Below are positions 44,501-47,713 of a DNA stretch of 47,713 nucleotides, piece after piece (position 1 is the first letter of the stretch; each line of letters starts with the position of its first letter). A program made the position numbers and the translations under genes. The stretch is from Rhizaria sp. SCN 62-66 (taxonomy: Eukaryota), in assembly GCA_001724265.1 (NCBI GenBank), contig MEDY01000228.1:1-47713 (forward strand), given 5' to 3'. Below the pieces are notes generated by a model that made no database searches, was not told the DNA's origin, and saw only the letters and a list, made by a program, of their open reading frames with translations.

Positions 44501-45523
44501 GCGGCGGCGTCGGCGGCCGCGATGGCGGAGCGCAGGCAGGAGATGCAGCAGATGGTCGCCGAGGCGCGGCAGAAGGTCAAGGACATCCATGAGAGCGCCA
44601 AGAAGGCCGCGGACGAGCGCATGGAGATGGAGGTCGAGGCCACCATTGCTGCCGCACGTATGGTTGCCGACGCGCGTATCGTGCTCGAAAAGGCGCTGGC
44701 CGAGGGCAAGTCGGGCGTGGACGCGGCGTCCGCGGCGCAGCAGGTCGGCATGAAGCAGATCCGCGCACCCGCGGTGCTGGACGAAGAGTCCAGGGAGTTC
44801 CTGATCGTCGGTGGCATGCTGACAAAGCACGGCAAGATGGGCCCGGCGTCGCGCCACGTCTACGTCACGCCCAACACCGAGTACTTCGTCTTCAAGGACC
44901 TCGGCGTGCTCGACGTCAAGCGCCGCCACATGATCCGCGTCACGCGCATCTCCGAAATCCTCCCTGGCCGCCGTCACACTCGCCTCAACACGCACTTTGC
45001 TGGCGATGGCACCGGCACGGACAAGAGCACCGGCGTCGCAGGCGTCGTCCCCGGCTCCGGCTCCGGCTCCGGTCCCTCGCGCAAGGCGCCCGTGCCGCTG
45101 GGTGCGGCGCACCGCGGCAGTGTCGCGCAGAGCGTCGACCAGGAGGACCACGACGAACGGTTGCGCCGCGCCTCGACGCTCAACTCGGGCGGGTACGGCT
45201 CAGGTGCGACCAACAAGGCCTACGAGGGCGCGGCGTGCTTCACCGTCTGCGGCATCGACTTGGACGGCAACGCGCGCGACTTGGGTTTTGAGGCGTCGTC
45301 GCCCGAAGAGGCGAAGCAGTGGCTTCGTCACCTCAACGCGCTGCACGCGTTTGCGCGCGCGTCGAACCGGTTTCAGGATGATAACACGATGATTATGCAG
45401 GAGAACCCGCTGCACGTGCTGGAGCAAAACGAGCGCAATCTTGAGACGCTGCGCGAGAGCATCAAGAACCGCCGCACGGTGACCACGGTTGAAGATGACG
45501 ATGACGAGCTCCCGCCTATGTGA
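41594..45523 (+). CDS. Armadillo/HEAT-repeat protein with coiled coil and C-terminal PH domain, ~1309 aa (frame is open from 41177; start uncertain)
   Basis: ARM-like helical repeats (LIDKGLFEKVMAAL, LRALGLIDVLAKL, IIAQGGGELLVELISQH) and an E/Q/R/M coiled coil at ~44340-44700. PH-like strands GGMLTKHG..RHVYVTPNTEYFVFK and terminal LGFEASSPEEAKQWLRHLNAL. GC-rich coding composition begins near 41594. Ends in TGA. Confidence 0.8.
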   Translation: MSVYGRAGAPSLSARPAAAPAGGARPESSTLKALRELKTGIDSNAKFGKMVGYSVECMGRMATDRNAVEDIARSGCVASTLNALKTAKNPSNVELQLSLNKALLRACDTRPHSEACAQLVSESIDGDFAPFANSIFHHEGRDVLMSNAQLMRKMGSVADPTERARNVAEMKRHGIYDALAMRALQTPDSDPDLLAELLNALATGAHDPDVAQMLIDKGLFEKVMAALAANPTHKALALAAANLIAAAASAGPHIVEQLRALGLIDVLAKLCQQFPHFAALQAAVARAMALLAGDNDVTRVLAVLRTPDLSWTKLAEATAQLATMLLAPALVPGFHAAGGRDVLYPLLKRAAEAICGVGGLQDPMLVAAFTQIALAMARSVAGSEEYVYAALKAGVAQPLARAVSALGVALAGVTMGSAPLVDTQLDALAAGIAAIRALVTRPENVTYLERAGALVGALRAALPHLAHEGVQRAVTGLVDALLEHGMGLTAGTARTASTETVEAMVAAVLGLLRAHRDDARTVESGCEQLGRLAVDAAVEMVIIAQGGGELLVELISQHGDDEDTIVAALKAVDLAAMLAEGCERLLKTDIEALLAQLGRKHKNSGAVQELINKITGALAAHRARTVPPAPRAPAVPQPPVAAVPGGMDPALSAMLADMSKFAGGFGVGLPAGFGAGLGGGNGGVNERVEHTRNIHHRHGGAGDDDGANGAGKSKLSLGGIPINFAVPEEEEARYGKHLLDAMNKIQGLITARQPGRLLNLYEMLLTPAQASVSPVDRDFLLGVVLAAVATLADEAADEEAAAGLDGSSGAVAEGEGSPVLWELLAALADFNVLDRILAAAVRHHDKALPLLAIVVEDAVTVLALARRPETDRALEATGLDPADAPGADAEMGKGRTQAGRRIPAPVVRGALERTRAAVQQMAREYAAGAAQRREAAAAARARRAQTMKDLVMMGEQRRTEMEQQRREEAAAASAAAMAERRQEMQQMVAEARQKVKDIHESAKKAADERMEMEVEATIAAARMVADARIVLEKALAEGKSGVDAASAAQQVGMKQIRAPAVLDEESREFLIVGGMLTKHGKMGPASRHVYVTPNTEYFVFKDLGVLDVKRRHMIRVTRISEILPGRRHTRLNTHFAGDGTGTDKSTGVAGVVPGSGSGSGPSRKAPVPLGAAHRGSVAQSVDQEDHDERLRRASTLNSGGYGSGATNKAYEGAACFTVCGIDLDGNARDLGFEASSPEEAKQWLRHLNALHAFARASNRFQDDNTMIMQENPLHVLEQNERNLETLRESIKNRRTVTTVEDDDDELPPM

Positions 45524-47100
45524 GTATGGCGCTGATCAAAGACTGACTTAGTCCATTCGCCGACAAGCTAATCGAGCACATCATTGTCCTCATCGAGCTC
45601 TGCAAGAGCACCACGCACTGCGGCATATGAGATTTGTCGCTATTTTTCCCCACACTGTCAAGCTTGGTTGATGGCTTGTTTGCGCACAGGTCAGGTCTGT
45701 CACAAGTTCAGTGTTTGTATAGTTGGTTCCCCTCAGGAAAAGTAAATTCGCCGTAAAAGTTAAAAATCGAATGAGACAACCGTTTTTTTAAACAAGAAAT
45801 GTAATAAACTCGCCCATCAATTGCGACGGAACGCAAAATAGTGATATCGTGAGGAGACTCAAGCAAGCTTTTGAAACTTTTGTGGTTACCAGTGACGGGA
45901 CCTTCACCGTTGAAGGCAGCACAAACAAATACCTCACTAAACCCTGCTGTTTGTATAAACACTTGCCTTTTGGTCAATGATAACAGCCATGGTCAGTGAA
46001 AGTATATTTTTAATCTCTACAAAGAGGGACAATGAGCCTATGAATGACAGCAACGACGAGGACGACAATTGTGAGAGGGACAGTGTGACTCTTACACTGA
46101 CTACGACGATCGTGACCGCGCAAAAGAACTTCAAGACTCCGCATTAACCGGGAGCTTCAGCCTTATTTCTAGCGTCAGCACCGCCGCGCGTCATCCCGCT
46201 CCTCCGCAGCAGCGCGCGTAATGTACCTATGTACCTTGTGATGTGCGACTTGGTATGGGACACGCTGCCACCAGTTCCGGACCTAAGCGGCCGAAAACCA
46301 CCGGCGCCAGATCTCCCGGTTACCGCACCTGTAACACCGGAGGAAGCCCGAGCCGACGCACGCGGTGTGCCACGCTGTGCGGGGCGCGGCGGCAGACAGC
46401 TGCGTGCCAGGAGCTTTGGCCGCGCTGGACGAAACACCGTGGGGCTGAGTTGAAATTTACTATACACACTTTGCGCGTCCGTCGGCATCCAATCCAGCTC
46501 AGAAGCGGCGAGGGCAGCCGCTGTTGCTGCATATGCAGAAGCGTAAGTCGCAGAGACGTCGGAAGCAAGCGCAGTTTGAGGGCGCGCCGTCTAAAACAGT
46601 GGCCGCAAACGCAGCCGCGCGTGCTGCAGGAGCAAGTGCGGATGTGGCACCAAAGCCTGTGCAATTCGGATGGACTCTGCGCAGGATGTTTGGCATGTTC
46701 TAATCGAATTGGTCAATCGTTTTGCCACACTATCGCGCTAGTTGTGTGACGATAATATGACGAGTTCAAGGTAAACTCATGTTTCAAGTTTAATATTTGC
46801 TAGTTAGTTATCGTAGGTATTAATTCTTGTGTATCATATGAATTTTTAGTTCAGAATAAATGTGTTTGTTAAAAAATAAAGTAAAATGCACTTGTTTCAA
46901 ATTGTCGCGGCTTTCGCTTGTGTAAATCACAGCACACATTCGTTTGTGAGCTGACTGGCACGAACATCATGCTGACTTATCCGTGAGATCGTTTTTATTT
47001 CCAGAACTCTCCCAGCGTTGATGCTACGCACAAAGTGCAGTAGTTGTCGGGAGCAAGTTATGTTAGAAGCGTATTGCGTGTAGGCAATGAAGCGAGGCGT

Positions 47101-47713
47101 TCATGGGTTGTTCTTGTAGCGCCGGACGATGGGGCGCAACTTGCTCGAGAGCCTTGCTTCCTCGACCTTGAGCAAGTAACGCCTGACAAAGGCTTCCTCA
47201 GTCATAAAACTCGTCTCCTTGGCAGGGACCTTGATGGAGTCTTCAGCCAACAACAGCGCGGCCTCGCAGCGCGCGCGCTCCGGAGCGGCGTCGAGCACCG
47301 TGAACACGCGCGCCAAGCGCCGCTTGAGGCGCAACTCCGCCTTAAAGGCTTCCGAGATGTAGATGCTTTTCTCGCGGTTCTCAGAGCAGTTACGCACGTG
47401 CTGATGTGCATCGCCATCAGTGTAATGCTTCATGCACACACCGCAGAAGCTTTTTTTACATGAGTTACATTCCACAGCCGCACAGTTCTCCCAATCGTAC
47501 ACTATGACTCGACAGTTTGGGTTTGGACAGGTGTCCTGCAGTCCGTTGCGCACCGCAGTCAGCAGCTCGGCGTTGCGTTTCTTGGCATCGGCGCCGTCGG
47601 CCGCGCTGCCGCCGACAGGCTGCGTCTTCTTGCACGTCCGACAAGTGAATTGCTTGAGGCCGCCAGCGACGACAGGCGGATTGCGTTGAATTTCGGGGCA
47701 GTTTGTTGTAGGG
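47101..47713 (-). CDS. 3' part of an RBR/IBR-type zinc-finger (E3 ligase-like) gene; 5' end lies outside the window
   Basis: The frame is open to the window edge: ...PTTNCPEIQ...FTCRTCKK...CPNPNCRVIVYDWENCAAVECNSCKKSFCGVC...AHQHVRNC, an IBR/RING2-like Cys pattern. Ends in TGA. Confidence 0.7.
   Translation of the reverse strand, partial: PTTNCPEIQRNPPVVAGGLKQFTCRTCKKTQPVGGSAADGADAKKRNAELLTAVRNGLQDTCPNPNCRVIVYDWENCAAVECNSCKKSFCGVCMKHYTDGDAHQHVRNCSENREKSIYISEAFKAELRLKRRLARVFTVLDAAPERARCEAALLLAEDSIKVPAKETSFMTEEAFVRRYLLKVEEARLSSKLRPIVRRYKNNP

Noticed and set aside
133-45523. Functional cluster of membrane-trafficking genes (TBC, Neo1, MUN-NPF, ARM-PH)
   Set aside because: They are interspersed with unrelated genes on mixed strands, and such families are abundant, so there is no evidence of co-regulation.
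1-47713. tRNA (including a CUA suppressor), rRNA, CRISPR array, transposase or prokaryotic operon
   Set aside because: No cloverleaf/T-loop, repeat-spacer array, terminal repeats or transposase/RT motifs were visible by eye. The spliceosomal introns and gene content are eukaryotic.

Overview
A gene-dense eukaryotic (protist-like) genomic window. GC-rich exons carry many Ala/Ser/Gly/Asn low-complexity insertions and are separated by short AT-rich intergenic spacers. I resolved 8 GT-AG introns of 125-223 nt. Eleven protein-coding genes are supported: a TBC Rab-GAP, a putative mitochondrial membrane protein, a large KP-43/Tag-like subtilisin (PA, EGF, TM), Delta14-sterol reductase, Cwc24/RNF113, a Neo1/ATP9 flippase, a giant NPF-repeat plus PATROL1/Munc13-like MUN protein, an ARM-repeat plus PH protein, a partial RBR-type E3, and two hypotheticals. 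The main finding is that two unrelated large genes each contain one in-frame TAG (15562-15564 and complement 38949-38951) with coding sequence continuing in frame. All 11 inferred gene ends are TAA or TGA, which suggests UAG is decoded as sense (variant nuclear code or readthrough). A second finding is that 7 genes have a 3' splice-site-like signal 0-21 nt before the ATG with no obvious consensus donor, compatible with spliced-leader trans-splicing. All family calls come from motif recognition by eye; no database search was run.
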